A DNA stretch of 64,000 nt from an uncultured delta proteobacterium (GCA_963761335.1 CAVXGR010000018.1:64001-128000); one strand, 5' to 3'. Counted from the stretch's first letter, positions 37,299 to 47,648 are shown. Notes: a model not told the origin generated them from the letters alone. Program-made: numbers and translations.

Positions 37299-37787
37299 CT
37301 AAGGTCGGTAGGCCTTCTCCAGGGTGGCGAGGTCGAGCTTGACCATCTTCAGCATGGCGTCCGTGACCCTCTTCGAGCGCGCCGGGTCGCCGTTTCGCAT
37401 CATCTCCTCGAGGGCGGCAGGGACGATCTGCCAGCGCAGGCCGAAGCGGTCGATCAGCCAGCCGCACGCCTGCGTCTTGCCTCCTCCCTCGAGGAGCGCG
37501 TTCCAGTAGCGATCGAGCTCCGCTTGATCGTCGCACAGAACGACCATCGAGACGGCGTCGTTGAACTCGTGGTGCGGCCCGGCGCTGATCGCCTGAAAGC
37601 GCTGGCCGAAGAGGGTGAAGTCCACGACCTTCACCGAGCCTGCCGGGCCGCTGGGTGATTCGCTGAGCAGCGGCGTGACGCGATCGACGCGCGAGTCGGG
37701 GAAGATCGAGGCGTAGAACCTCGCGGCCTCCTCCGCCTCTTTTGCGTACCAGAGATGCGTGAAGATCTTCGGTCGGCTCTTCGCCAT
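37299..37787 (-). CDS. VOC/PhnB-like protein
   Basis: HLWY..EAEEAARFY..FPDS, FNDAVS, QAELDRYW, CGWLIDRFGLRWQIVP. Confidence 0.9.
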   Translation of the reverse strand: MAKSRPKIFTHLWYAKEAEEAARFYASIFPDSRVDRVTPLLSESPSGPAGSVKVVDFTLFGQRFQAISAGPHHEFNDAVSMVVLCDDQAELDRYWNALLEGGGKTQACGWLIDRFGLRWQIVPAALEEMMRNGDPARSKRVTDAMLKMVKLDLATLEKAYRP

Positions 37788-37828
37788 CGGCACTTCTCCT
37801 TCTTTGAGTGAGAGCCCGGTGTCGGCCT

Positions 37829-38263
37829 CTACGACTTCCGCTGGCGGGCGATCTCGGCGGCCAACCGCTCTTCCCGTGCGCGAAGCTCCGGTGTGAGCGC
37901 CTCGCCGAAGTCCTCGGCATCGAAGACGGGGCGGATCTCGATCTCCGACTTTTCGCCGGGCATTGAGTCCGGGCAGCGCCTGACCCACTCGACCGCTTCG
38001 TCCATCGACTTCACCTGCCAGATCCAGTAGCCGGAGATGAGCTCCGTCGTTGCGGCGAAGGGGCCGTCGATGACGATCGTCTCGCCCTCGGCAAAGCGCA
38101 CGCGCTTGCCCTTGCTGCTGGGGTGGAGGCCGTCCCCAGCGAGCATGATGCCGGCATTCACGAGCTGCTCATTGAACTGCCCCATCTCGGCGAGGAGCGC
38201 CTCGCTCGGCATCACGCCCGCCTCGGAGCTCTTCGTCGCCTTCACAATGACCATGACTCGCAT
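37829..38263 (-). CDS. YciI/DGPF-family protein
   Basis: MRVMVIVKAT, GLHPSSKG.RV, DGPFA.T.EL, EIEIRPVF. Confidence 0.9.
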   Translation of the reverse strand: MRVMVIVKATKSSEAGVMPSEALLAEMGQFNEQLVNAGIMLAGDGLHPSSKGKRVRFAEGETIVIDGPFAATTELISGYWIWQVKSMDEAVEWVRRCPDSMPGEKSEIEIRPVFDAEDFGEALTPELRAREERLAAEIARQRKS

Positions 38264-38470
38264 CCTGGTTCCCCTTTCGCTTCGATCCGTTTGCAGCGCG
38301 GCCAGCTTGGCCGCCCCTCTGCCATCACGACGAAGGAGGCCGGGCCGAATCGACAGGCCGCCCGGAGAAAATGGTGTGGGGCCAGCGGGGTAGTGGCGAG
38401 GTGTTGAGGAGGGGGTGGCGGTCGGGGAGGCGGAGACCCGACAGCCGCCCCTCAACCGCTCAACCCGCCG

Positions 38471-39034
38471 TTACTTGGCGCGCGACAGATATTCTCCGGT
38501 CGCGGTGTCGACGCGGATGACCTCACCCGTCTCGATGAAGTTCGGCACCGGCACCACCAGCCCGGTCTCGGTGGTGGCGGGCTTGAGGGCGTTGGTCACG
38601 GTCGCCGACTTCAGCCCGGGCGCCGTCTCGGTCACCTTGAGATCGACGGTCTTCGGCAGCTCCACGCCCATGGGCTTGCCCTCGTAGTACTCGACGCTCA
38701 CCCGCATGTTGGGAGTGAGATACTTGGTGGCGTCGCCGAGGGTCTCGCTGTCGAGCGACATCTGCTCGTAGTTCTCGGTGTTCATGAAGTGGTAGTCGTC
38801 GCCGGAGCTGTAGAGGAACTCCATCTCGTGCTGCTCCATGGTGACCCGGTCGACCTTGTCTTCCGAGCGAAAGCGGTTCTCCGTCTGATTCCCGGTGCGC
38901 AGGTTGCGCATCTTGGTCTGCACCATGCCGCGCCAGTTGCCCGGCGTGACGTGCACGACCTGGGTCATGCGGTAGAGGTCGCCCTGATATTTGATCAGCA
39001 TCCCGTTGCGGAGCTGAGTCGCCGGGATCAGCAT
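38471..39034 (-). CDS. efp: Translation elongation factor P
   Basis: HVTPGNWRGMVQTK, FMNTENYEQ, KPATTETG..VPNFI.TGE.IRVDT..GEY..R; GGAGG RBS. Confidence 0.95.
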   Translation of the reverse strand: MLIPATQLRNGMLIKYQGDLYRMTQVVHVTPGNWRGMVQTKMRNLRTGNQTENRFRSEDKVDRVTMEQHEMEFLYSSGDDYHFMNTENYEQMSLDSETLGDATKYLTPNMRVSVEYYEGKPMGVELPKTVDLKVTETAPGLKSATVTNALKPATTETGLVVPVPNFIETGEVIRVDTATGEYLSRAK

Positions 39035-39113
39035 ACTTGGTGTTCCTCCATCTGTGTTGGAATTTACCGCGAAACGCTACCAGTAGCACCCGCCAAGAGG
39101 CGGGGCAAATCGT

Positions 39114-39185
39114 CAAAGTAGAGCGGGGTTCCGACGCTTCCCGAAGCGGCGAGACGCCGCTTCTACTCTGGCCGCGGGCCGGCGG
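39114..39185. repeat. GTAG-type REP doublet (family E)
   Basis: CAAAGTAGAGCGG..CCGAAGCGGCGAGACGCCGCTTCTACTC; reverse-complement copy at 57313-57385. Confidence 0.8.
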
Positions 39186-39340
39186 ACCTGGCACGAGGGT
39201 CGGCCTGAGCTTCTCCCGCTGGCAATGCGGGAGAAGGGGAACGCCGCTCGCAGCCAGCGGAACGATCGCGCCGCCTGCCGATCCCTCGGATCTACCCCAT
39301 TGCTCCAGACACCCGCGGGTGGTAGCCAACGGGGCGCTTC

Positions 39341-41300
39341 ATGGGGGTCTCGGAGCAGAATCCGCCGTCGGCCGAAAGTGGTCGCACCGGCGCCGCGGTG
39401 ACCAACGCCGATGGCGGTCACGCCGCGCCGTCGAACGCGCGCTGGCACACGCTCACCCTGTCGATCGCGGCGCTGGGGGTGGTCTACGGAGACATCGGCA
39501 CCAGCCCGCTCTACGCCATCCGCGAGTGCTTCTTCGGCGAGTACGGGATCGAGCCCTCACCGGCGAACATCCTCGGCGTGCTGTCGCTGATCTTCTGGGC
39601 GCTGATCATCGTCATCTCGGTCAAGTACCTGGTACTGATCCTGCGCGCCGACAACCGCGGCGAGGGGGGTATCCTCGCACTGATGGCCCTGGTGCGCCCG
39701 GAGCGGGGAGACCGCCCCGGACGCCGCTGCGATCCTTGTGGCTCTCGGGCTGTTCGGCGCCGCTCTGCTCTACGGCGACGGCGTCATCACTCCGGCGATC
39801 TCCGTCCTCAGCGCCGTCGAGGGGCTGCACGTCGCCACGCCGCTGTTCGATCCCTTCGTGCTGCCGATCACCATCGTCATCCTCGTCGGGCTGTTCTTCT
39901 TCCAGAAACGCGGCACCGGCGGGGTCGGCGCCATCTTTGGTCCGATCACCTTCTTCTGGTTCGTCATCATCGCCGTGCTCGGCGTGCGCGGCATCCTCGC
40001 CGAGCCGCGCGTGCTCGCGGCCGTGAACCCGCTGTACGCGCTGTCCTTCTTCACGCGCAACCACCTGCACGGCTTCCTGGTGATGGGCTCGGTCTTCCTG
40101 GTGGTGACCGGTGGCGAGGCGCTCTACGCCGACATGGGCCACTTCGGCCGCCGGCCGATCCGCTTGACCTGGTTCACGGTGGTCCTGCCGGCGCTCCTGC
40201 TCAACTATTTCGGACAGGGCTCGCTGCTGTTGCGGGCTCCCGAGGCGGCCCACAACCCGTTCTATCGACTCGCGCCTCCCTGGGCCCTCTACCCGATGGT
40301 GCTCCTGTCGACGGTGGCGGCGATCATCGCTTCGCAGGCGGTCATCTCCGGCGCCTTCTCGCTGACCCGGCAGGCGGTGCAGCTCGGCTACTGCCCGCGC
40401 CTCCAGATCGACCACACCTCCTCAGAGGAGATCGGCCAGATCTACATCCCGCCGGTGAACTGGATACTGATGCTGGCGACCATCTCGCTGGTCATCGGCT
40501 TTCAATCGTCGAGCAATCTGGCGGCGGCGTACGGCATGGCGGTGACCACGACCATGGTGATCACCACCATGCTCTTCTACGTCGTGGCCCGCGAGCTGTG
40601 GGGCTGGAAGCCGCTGCTGGCCGGGGCTGTCTCCGCCGGCTTCCTGGTGGTCGACGTGGCCTTCTTCGGCGCCAACCTGATCAAGATCGAGCACGGCGGC
40701 TGGTTCCCGCTGCTGGTCGCCGCCGGCGTCTTCACCCTGATGTCGACCTGGAAGCGCGGCCGGCAGATCCTCTCCGAGCGCCTGCGCCAGGTGACCCTGC
40801 CGCTCGACGCCTTTCTCTCCGACATCGAGCACAACCCGCCGCTGCGCGTTCCCGGGACCGGAGTCTTCATGACCAGCAACCCCGAGGGCGTGCCGGCGGC
40901 GCTGCTGCACAACCTGAAGCACAACAAGATCATCCACCAGCAGCTGGTGTTGCTGACGGTGGTCACCGAGGAGATCCCGCACGTAGGCCGCAAGGACCGG
41001 CTCGAAGTGGAATCGCTCGGCAACGGTTTCTACCGCCTGGTGGCGCACTACGGCTTCATGGAGGATCCGCGGATGAACGAGATCCTGCGCGTCGCCCGCC
41101 ACAAGGGGCTCGACCTGAAGCCGATGGAGACCACCTTCTTCCTCGGCCGCGAGACGCTGATCCCGTCGAAGAAGCCGGGAATGGCGATGTGGCGCGAGGA
41201 GCTCTTCTCGGTCATGTCGCGCAACGCCCAGGGTGCCACCGCCTTCTTCGGGATTCCGCCCAACCGCGTCGTCGAGCTGGGCGCGCAGATCGAGCTCTGA
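39341..41300 (+). CDS. kup: KUP/HAK/KT potassium transporter, +1 frameshift near 39730
   Basis: [48 protein letters not shown]; removing one base restores RRWILVALG. Confidence 0.9.
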
Positions 41301-41312
41301 GCGAGCGGCGTC

Positions 41313-41738
41313 CTACTGCAGATGGCGGGCGATGCCTTCGCCGGCGCGCAGGCGGGGCGAGCCGTGGTGGTGGATCAGGAACCAGGAGTCGCCGCGTCGC
41401 CCGAAGATGTTGGTGGCCTCCACTTCGGTGTTGGAGATGCCGTCGTAGCTGCGCGATTCGATGCGCTCGACACAGGTCACCCAGGCCAGATCGCCGACGA
41501 CGTGCACCGTCTCCTCGGCGATCTCGAAGGTCATGCCGAAGGTCTGCTGAAAGATCTCCTCCCAGCTCTTCATGATCGGCCCCCAGCCCTCCAGCCGCGC
41601 CCAGCCCGGATGGGTGCAGCTGATGGCGCTCTCCTTGAGCCAGACGCCCTCCATGCGCTCCAGATCGAGGCTCTCGAATGCCCGGTAGAAGGCCGAGTTG
41701 GCGGCGCTGACGGCGCCCGGGTCGTCGTTGCGGCTCAT
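41313..41738 (-). CDS. NTF2/SnoaL-like protein
   Basis: [13 protein letters not shown]...W, CTHPGW..L.GW..I..SW, ATNIF, HHHGS. Confidence 0.85.
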   Translation of the reverse strand: MSRNDDPGAVSAANSAFYRAFESLDLERMEGVWLKESAISCTHPGWARLEGWGPIMKSWEEIFQQTFGMTFEIAEETVHVVGDLAWVTCVERIESRSYDGISNTEVEATNIFGRRGDSWFLIHHHGSPRLRAGEGIARHLQ

Positions 41739-41790
41739 TTCCCGCGCATTCTCTTCCAGCTTTCGCGGCGGCGTCAAGAGAGAGAAAGTT

Positions 41791-41879
41791 TTCGGGTTGG
41801 CGAGTTCCCGAGTTGCGGGTTCAGACAACCCGACAAACCGAAAACCCGGTAACCGGGCAACCCGCCAGCTCGACAACCG
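41791..41879. repeat. Family C palindrome with 9-bp periodic arms
   Basis: GGGTTGGCGAGTTCCCGAGTTGCGGGTTCAGA-CAACCCGACAAACCGAAAACCCG; related copy at 42233-42311. Confidence 0.65.
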
Positions 41880-41904
41880 AAGTCGCCGTGGTAGAAGAGC
41901 GCCC

Positions 41905-42225
41905 ATGGAAATCTTCAAAGACGTCGGCGCCATGGCGTCCTTTGCCGCCGAGAAGATGAAGAAGCTCAACGTCTTCGACACCGAGCGCATGTTCTGCGAC
42001 GTGTACTGCTTCGAGCCCGGGCAGGCGCAGACGGCGCACGCGCACGCCGGCTCGGACAAGATCTACGTCGTCCTCGAAGGCCGCGGCGAGTTCAGTGTCG
42101 GCAAGCAGAGCCGCGAGGCGAGCCCGATGACGGCGATTCTCGCCCCAGCCGGCGAGCCGCACGCGGTGCGCAACTCCGGCGCCGAGCGCTTGCGGGTTCT
42201 GGTGTTCATGGCGCCAAAGCCGTGA
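41905..42225 (+). CDS. Cupin-domain protein
   Basis: PGQAQTAHAH..SDKIYVVLEGRG, PAGEPHAVRN. Confidence 0.88.
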   Translation: MEIFKDVGAMASFAAEKMKKLNVFDTERMFCDVYCFEPGQAQTAHAHAGSDKIYVVLEGRGEFSVGKQSREASPMTAILAPAGEPHAVRNSGAERLRVLVFMAPKP

Positions 42226-42232
42226 AGAAGAT

Positions 42233-42311
42233 GGTTGGCGGGTTTACCGGGTTTTCGAGTTGGCAGGTTCAGATGAACCCGGCAACCCGAAGACCCGTCA
42301 ACCCGCCAACC
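42233..42311. repeat. Family C palindrome between convergent genes
   Basis: GGTTGGCGGGTTTACCGGGTTTTCGAGTTGGCAGGTTCA ... TGAACCCGGCAACCCGAAGACCCGTCAACCCGCCAACC. Confidence 0.7.
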
Positions 42312-42831
42312 TGCCGGGTAGCCCGAGCGAGATCCAGGTGATCGCTGCGGTGAGCAGCAGGACCAGGACCAGGGGGCCGAGGAGGCGCCGCTCCATGCTG
42401 CGCAGCTTCTCCTCGCCGAGCTGCTCCTGCCAGTCCTCGTGGCGGACGATGCGGTGGCCGAGACCGAAGCTGATGTAGGTCGCGGTCATCACCAGCACGA
42501 AGACCAGCGACAGCTTCCAGGCGAGCAGGGTGCCGACACGGGCATAGAATTCGGAGAGCAGCGCCGACTTGTAGCTGGTGAGATTGAAGGCGCCGGTCAT
42601 CACCTGGACGCCGAGGGCGGCGATGCTCAGGGGGTTGTAGGCGCGAAAGCAGACGGCCAGGTACTTCTGGCGGGCCGCTGCCTCCGGGTAGCGCGACGAC
42701 GCCGGCAGGAGGAGCAGCAACAACAGGGCCGTGGCGCCGAAGTAGACCGCCAAGCCGAGGAGGTGGAGCCAGAGATCGATCGAGTTGCTCAAGACTCGGG
42801 GGGTCTTATCCCGGCAGCCTGCCGGCGGCAA
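42298..42831 (-). CDS. 4-TM CopD/DUF4149-like membrane protein; start uncertain
   Basis: WLHLLGLAVYFG, MTG.FN, LAWKLSLV. Confidence 0.6.
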   Translation of the reverse strand: MPPAGCRDKTPRVLSNSIDLWLHLLGLAVYFGATALLLLLLLPASSRYPEAAARQKYLAVCFRAYNPLSIAALGVQVMTGAFNLTSYKSALLSEFYARVGTLLAWKLSLVFVLVMTATYISFGLGHRIVRHEDWQEQLGEEKLRSMERRLLGPLVLVLLLTAAITWISLGLPGRLAG

Positions 42832-42943
42832 GTGCGCTTCACCCGCGTTGACTCCCCGGGACCAACTCGTTAAGTACCCTTCATGTGTGCCTCCGCGTTA
42901 TTCCTGCGCGGAATGACCGGGTGCATGCCCGGAGGTGAACGCA

Positions 42944-43468
42944 ATGGCCAGTAAGATCACGCCCGCAAAGACAGGCGATGACGCCCTCTTGGGCGAGAGC
43001 ATAGTCCTCACTACCGTCGACAAGGCGATCGGCTGGGCGCGGAAGTTCTCCCTGTTCCCGTATCCCTTCGCCACCGCTTGCTGCGCCATGGAGTACATGT
43101 CGCTGTCGATGTCGCCTTACGACATCGATCGCTTCGGCGCCCTGCTGCCGCGCTTCACGCCGCGGCAGTCCGATCTCCTCATGGTGATCGGCACCGTCTC
43201 GGTGCGCCAGGGGCCGGTGCTGAAGCGCGTCTACGATCAGATGGCGGAGCCCAAGTGGGTGATGTCCTTCGGCGCCTGCGCCTCCACCGGCGGCTTCTAC
43301 GACAACTACGCCACCATCCCCGGCATCGACCGCATCGTCCCGGTCGACGTCTACGTCCCCGGATGCCCGCCCCGTCCCGAGGCCGTGCTCGACGCCCTCA
43401 TGGCGCTGCAGCGCCGCATCCAGCGGCAGAAGCAGAAGCTCATGGGCGAGGTGGCGGAGGCGCGCTAG
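42944..43468 (+). CDS. nuoB: NADH-quinone oxidoreductase subunit B
   Basis: TACCAME, TPRQSDL, QMAEPKWV..GAC...GG, VDVYVPGCPPRPEA; GGAGG RBS. Confidence 0.95.
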   Translation: MASKITPAKTGDDALLGESIVLTTVDKAIGWARKFSLFPYPFATACCAMEYMSLSMSPYDIDRFGALLPRFTPRQSDLLMVIGTVSVRQGPVLKRVYDQMAEPKWVMSFGACASTGGFYDNYATIPGIDRIVPVDVYVPGCPPRPEAVLDALMALQRRIQRQKQKLMGEVAEAR

Positions 43469-43478
43469 CGCTCGTCTG

Positions 43479-44804
43479 ATGGGCGAGAAGATCCTGCTCC
43501 GCCACGAGGAGGTCGCCGATCTCCGCCGTCTCGACGTCTACGAAGGAGACGGCGGCTACACGGCGGCACGCAAGGCCCTGACCGAGCTCAACCCCGACGG
43601 GCTGGTGGAGATGGTCAAGTCGTCGGGCCTGCGCGGCCGCGGCGGCGCTGGCTTTCCCACCGGCGTCAAGTGGGGCTTCCTGCCCAAGGACAGCCCCAAG
43701 CCGCGCTACCTCTGCGTCAACGCCGACGAGAGCGAGCCCGGCACCTTCAAGGACCGGGCGATCATCGAGCACAACCCGCACCTGCTGATCGAGGGCATCG
43801 TCATCTCCTCGTTCGCCATCCGCTGCCACACCGCCTATCTGTACATCCGCGGCGAGTTCGGCCTGGGCGCCAAGGTCCTGGAGCAGGCGATCCGTGAAGC
43901 GCGCGCCGCGGGCCATATCGGCAAGAACATCTACGGCAGCGGCTACGACCTGGAGGTCTACGTGCACCGCGGCGCCGGCGCCTACATCTGCGGCGAGGAG
44001 ACGGGCCTGATCGAGTCCCTCGAAGGCAAGCGCGCCTACCCGCGCGTCAAGCCGCCGTTCCCCGCCGTCTACGGCGTCTTCGGCTGCCCGACCATCGTCA
44101 ACAACGTCGAGACCCTGTCCTGCGTGCCGCCGATCATCAGGCGCGGGCCGGAGTGGTTCCGCGGCATCGGCCCGGAGAAGTGCCCGGGGCCGAAGCTCTT
44201 CTGCCTCAGTGGCCACATCAACCGCCCGGGAGTCTACGAAGGCCCCATGGGCACCTCGCTGCGCGACCTGATCTACGCCCCCGAGTACGGCGGCGGCATC
44301 CTCAACGGCAAGCAGCTGAAGGCGGTCATCCCAGGAGGCTCGTCGGTGCCGCTGTTCAAGCCCGACGAGCTCGACGTGTCCATGGATTTCGACTCGGTCG
44401 CCAAGGCCGGGTCATTGCTCGGCTCCTGCGGCACCATCGTCATGGACGAGGACACCTGCATGGTCGACGCCCTGCGCATCATCGCGCGCTTCTACCACCA
44501 CGAGTCCTGTGGCCAGTGCACCCCCTGCCGCGAGGGCACCGGCTGGCTCGAACGCGTGCTCAATCATCTGGAGTTCGGCGGCGCCGCGCCCAACGAGGTC
44601 GAGAAGCTGCTGAGCATCGCCGACAACATGATGGGCAACACCATCTGTCTGCTCGCCGACGCCGCCGCCATGCCGACCAAGAGCTTCATTTCCAAGTTCC
44701 GCGAGGAGTTCGAGGAGCACGCGCGTCTGGACGGCTGCCCGAAGCGCCAGGCGTCGGTGACCCCGGCCCCCGCGCCCGGAGCCGCGCCGAGCGCCACCGC
44801 CTGA
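43479..44804 (+). CDS. nuoF: NADH-quinone oxidoreductase subunit F
   Basis: GLRGRGGAGFPTG.KW, NADESEPGTFKD, GAYICGEET, ESCGQCTPCREG. Confidence 0.95.
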   Translation: MGEKILLRHEEVADLRRLDVYEGDGGYTAARKALTELNPDGLVEMVKSSGLRGRGGAGFPTGVKWGFLPKDSPKPRYLCVNADESEPGTFKDRAIIEHNPHLLIEGIVISSFAIRCHTAYLYIRGEFGLGAKVLEQAIREARAAGHIGKNIYGSGYDLEVYVHRGAGAYICGEETGLIESLEGKRAYPRVKPPFPAVYGVFGCPTIVNNVETLSCVPPIIRRGPEWFRGIGPEKCPGPKLFCLSGHINRPGVYEGPMGTSLRDLIYAPEYGGGILNGKQLKAVIPGGSSVPLFKPDELDVSMDFDSVAKAGSLLGSCGTIVMDEDTCMVDALRIIARFYHHESCGQCTPCREGTGWLERVLNHLEFGGAAPNEVEKLLSIADNMMGNTICLLADAAAMPTKSFISKFREEFEEHARLDGCPKRQASVTPAPAPGAAPSATA

Positions 44805-44834
44805 CCTCCGGCCACCGGCCGCACCGAGAGAGAG

Positions 44835-46412
44835 ATGCCCACACTCGAGATCGATGGACGCCAGGTGACCGTCGAGGACGGTCTCAACATCATCCAGGCC
44901 GCCCAGCGGCTCGGCATCGAGATCCCGCACTACTGTTACCACCCGGGTCTGCCGATCGCCGGCAACTGCCGCATGTGCCTGGTCGAGATCGAGAAGATTC
45001 CCAAGCTGCAGATCGCCTGCAACACGCGCGTCAGCGAGGGGATGGTGGTGCGCACCACCACCGAGCGGGTCAAGCAGGCGCAGCGGAGCGTCCTCGAGTT
45101 CCTGCTGATCAACCATCCGATCGACTGCCCCATCTGCGACCAGGCCGGCGAGTGCAAGCTGCAGGACTACTACATGGACTACGACCGGCAGCCGAGCCGG
45201 ATGCCGCAGGAAGAAAAGGTCGAGAAGGGCAAGGCGATCGACATCGGTCCGCTGGTGATGCTGGACCAGGAGCGCTGCATCCTGTGCACCCGCTGCGTGC
45301 GCTTCCTCGACGAGATCACCGGCACCGGCGAGCTCGGCTTGTTCGAGCGCGGCGATCACTCGATGATCGACCTCTTCCCCGGGCACCGCCTCGAGAATGC
45401 GTACTCCGGCAACGTCGTCGACATCTGCCCGGTGGGGGCGCTCACCAGCAAGGACTTCCGCTTCAAGGCGCGCGTCTGGTACCTCGAGCACACCCCGTCG
45501 GTGTGTCCGACCTGCGCCAGCGGCTGCAACATCGACGTCCACCACCGCAAGGGGCAGATCTTTCGCTTCCGCCCGCGCGAGAACGACGAGGTCAACAAGT
45601 ACTGGATGTGTGACGAGGGCCGGCTGAGCTACAAGCGCTTTCAGACGGAGAGCCGCATCTTGCAGCCGTTTCTCCGGCGCGCCGACGATCTCGTTCCCGC
45701 CGGCTGGACGGATGCGATCGCCGCGGTGGGCGATCGGCTCGCGGAGATTCGCCGCCAGCACGGCAGCGGCGCCGTCGCCGGAGTGATCTCCGCCTGGGCG
45801 ACCAACGAGGAAGCGCACCTCTTGGCGCGTCTCTTCCGCGATTCACTCGAGGGAGCGACGGTGGCTGGCCTGGCCTGGTCGCCGCAGGACGCCTCGCACG
45901 ACGAGCTTCTGCGCGATGCCGACAAGAACCCCAACACCGCCGGCCTGCGCGCCCTCGGTATCGACATCGATGGTCTCGAGGCGCTGGCGCAGCGCATCGA
46001 GGCGGGCGAGGTCAAGGCGCTGGTGGTGTTCCGCGCCGATCTCGACCGGCCGCTCGGAGGTGCGCGGCTGCGATCCCTGGCCGACAAGCTCGAGTACGTG
46101 GTGGTCGCCGACACCGACGGCCACGACACCGCGGCCCTCGCCGACGCGGTGCTGCCGCTCGCCTCGTTTGCGGAGACGGACGGCACCTTCACCAACCGCG
46201 CCCGGCGCGTGCAGCGCATCCGCCGCGCCTTCCCCCCGGCCGGTCAGGCGCGCCCCGGCATCGACGTCATCGAGGATCTCGGCGAGCAGCTCGGCCCGTG
46301 GAAAAGGTCGCCGAGCCCGGAAGCCGTCTTCGCCGAGCTCGCCGCCGCCCATGCGCCGTTCGGCGGCCTCAGCTACCAGGCGATCGGCCTTCTCGGGGCG
46401 CCGCTGAAGTAG
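44835..46412 (+). CDS. nuoG: NuoG-like subunit (short, 525 aa)
   Basis: CYHP..GNCRMC, HPIDCPICDQAGEC, RCILCTRCVRF, DICPVGAL, CPTCASGC..MCDEGR. Confidence 0.88.
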   Translation: MPTLEIDGRQVTVEDGLNIIQAAQRLGIEIPHYCYHPGLPIAGNCRMCLVEIEKIPKLQIACNTRVSEGMVVRTTTERVKQAQRSVLEFLLINHPIDCPICDQAGECKLQDYYMDYDRQPSRMPQEEKVEKGKAIDIGPLVMLDQERCILCTRCVRFLDEITGTGELGLFERGDHSMIDLFPGHRLENAYSGNVVDICPVGALTSKDFRFKARVWYLEHTPSVCPTCASGCNIDVHHRKGQIFRFRPRENDEVNKYWMCDEGRLSYKRFQTESRILQPFLRRADDLVPAGWTDAIAAVGDRLAEIRRQHGSGAVAGVISAWATNEEAHLLARLFRDSLEGATVAGLAWSPQDASHDELLRDADKNPNTAGLRALGIDIDGLEALAQRIEAGEVKALVVFRADLDRPLGGARLRSLADKLEYVVVADTDGHDTAALADAVLPLASFAETDGTFTNRARRVQRIRRAFPPAGQARPGIDVIEDLGEQLGPWKRSPSPEAVFAELAAAHAPFGGLSYQAIGLLGAPLK

Positions 46413-46440
46413 GCCGGGCGGGGCTGCCGAGGACGTAGTC

Positions 46441-46489
46441 CTCATTCTCATTTCCGGTCCTCATCCCGTCGTCTTCCATTCGCTCTGAC
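46441..46489. repeat. Family D repeat, single arm
   Basis: TTCTCATTTCCGGTCCTCATCCCGTCGTCTTCCATTCGCTCTGAC resembles the 59365 arm. Confidence 0.7.
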
Positions 46490-46528
46490 CGCCGCGAGTA
46501 CCGCCAGACTCATCGCGGGTTGGGACTT

Positions 46529-47590
46529 TTACGCTGTCCCGGCGGCGTACTGCTCGCGGTAGATTTGCACGAAGGCGACCAGGGTGGCGATGATCACCGG
46601 GCCGAGGAACATCCCCAGGAAGCCGTAGACCTGAAGGCCGCCGAGGATGCCGAAGAAGAGGAAGACGGTGGAGATGTTGGTGCGCTCGCCGATGACCCAT
46701 GGGCGGATGAAATTGTCGACGCTGCTCACCACGAGTGCGCCCCAGCCGAAGAGGATCAGGGCGCGGACCCATGAGTCGGTGATCGCCAGGTAGATCGAGA
46801 TCGGCACCCAGACGATGCCGGAGCCCGCCGGCAGCAGCGACAGGAAGCCGGAGGCGAAGCCGAAGAGCACCGCGAAGGGCACGCCGACGATCCAATAGCC
46901 GATGCCCGAGAGCACCCCCTGGGCCACGGCGGTCAGCAGGGCTCCCTGAACGACGGCGGCGAGGGTGTCGTAGAAGCGCGACATGACCCGGTCCTTGTAC
47001 TCGGCCTCCATGGGGATGACGTCGCGCAGATAGCGCGCCATGGTGTCGCCGTCGCGAAAGAAGAAGAACAGCGCGAAGGTGGTGAGAAAGAAATTGACGA
47101 CCACGAGGAAGACGTTGCGCACCGCCCCGGTCGCCTGCTCCATGAGGAAGCCGGTGACGTAGTTGGTGCCCCGCAGCGCCAGGTTGGGGATGTCGATCGC
47201 CGGCGTCTGCCAGGTGGCCGGAATCCAGCGGCCGAGCAGGTTGAGCGCCGTCAGGCGGATGTGCTCGAGCCAGCCCGAGAGCTGTCCGCCGTCGATGGCG
47301 TCCTGGAGGCGCTGATAGGCCGCCGCCGCCTGGTTGACGAGCAGGCTGCCCAGAAGGATCGTGGGAATGATCACCAGGGCGATCACCAGCGTGGTGAGGA
47401 CGAACGACGCCAGCCCCGGGCGATTGCGCAGCAGCCGCGCCAGCCGCGCCTGGGCCGGATAGAACACCAGGGCGAGAATGGCCGCCCAGGCGATCGGGGT
47501 GATGAAGACGGCGAGGATCAGGTAGAACTGATAGAGCAGAAAGAACAGGGCCGCGAAGAAGAAGGCGGCGAAGAGGTGCTCCCGGGTCAT
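46529..47590 (-). CDS. AI-2E family transporter (YdiK/YtvI-like)
   Basis: P..WAAILA..FYP, FFFFRDG, DNFIRP, GGL..GFLG.FLGP. Confidence 0.9.
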   Translation of the reverse strand: MTREHLFAAFFFAALFFLLYQFYLILAVFITPIAWAAILALVFYPAQARLARLLRNRPGLASFVLTTLVIALVIIPTILLGSLLVNQAAAAYQRLQDAIDGGQLSGWLEHIRLTALNLLGRWIPATWQTPAIDIPNLALRGTNYVTGFLMEQATGAVRNVFLVVVNFFLTTFALFFFFRDGDTMARYLRDVIPMEAEYKDRVMSRFYDTLAAVVQGALLTAVAQGVLSGIGYWIVGVPFAVLFGFASGFLSLLPAGSGIVWVPISIYLAITDSWVRALILFGWGALVVSSVDNFIRPWVIGERTNISTVFLFFGILGGLQVYGFLGMFLGPVIIATLVAFVQIYREQYAAGTA

Positions 47591-47648
47591 TGGCGGCGCT
47601 TGTAGCAGAGGCGTCAGAGGGAAAGAATGGGGTGCTGCCGGGGGGGGA

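Noticed and set aside
39341..41575. 744-aa fusion ORF or programmed frameshift in kup
   Set aside because: The tail is low-complexity off-frame translation; one extra base explains it and there is no slippery site
41791..42311. CRISPR array
   Set aside because: Repeats are short, degenerate and inverted, with no regular repeat-spacer period and no cas genes in the window
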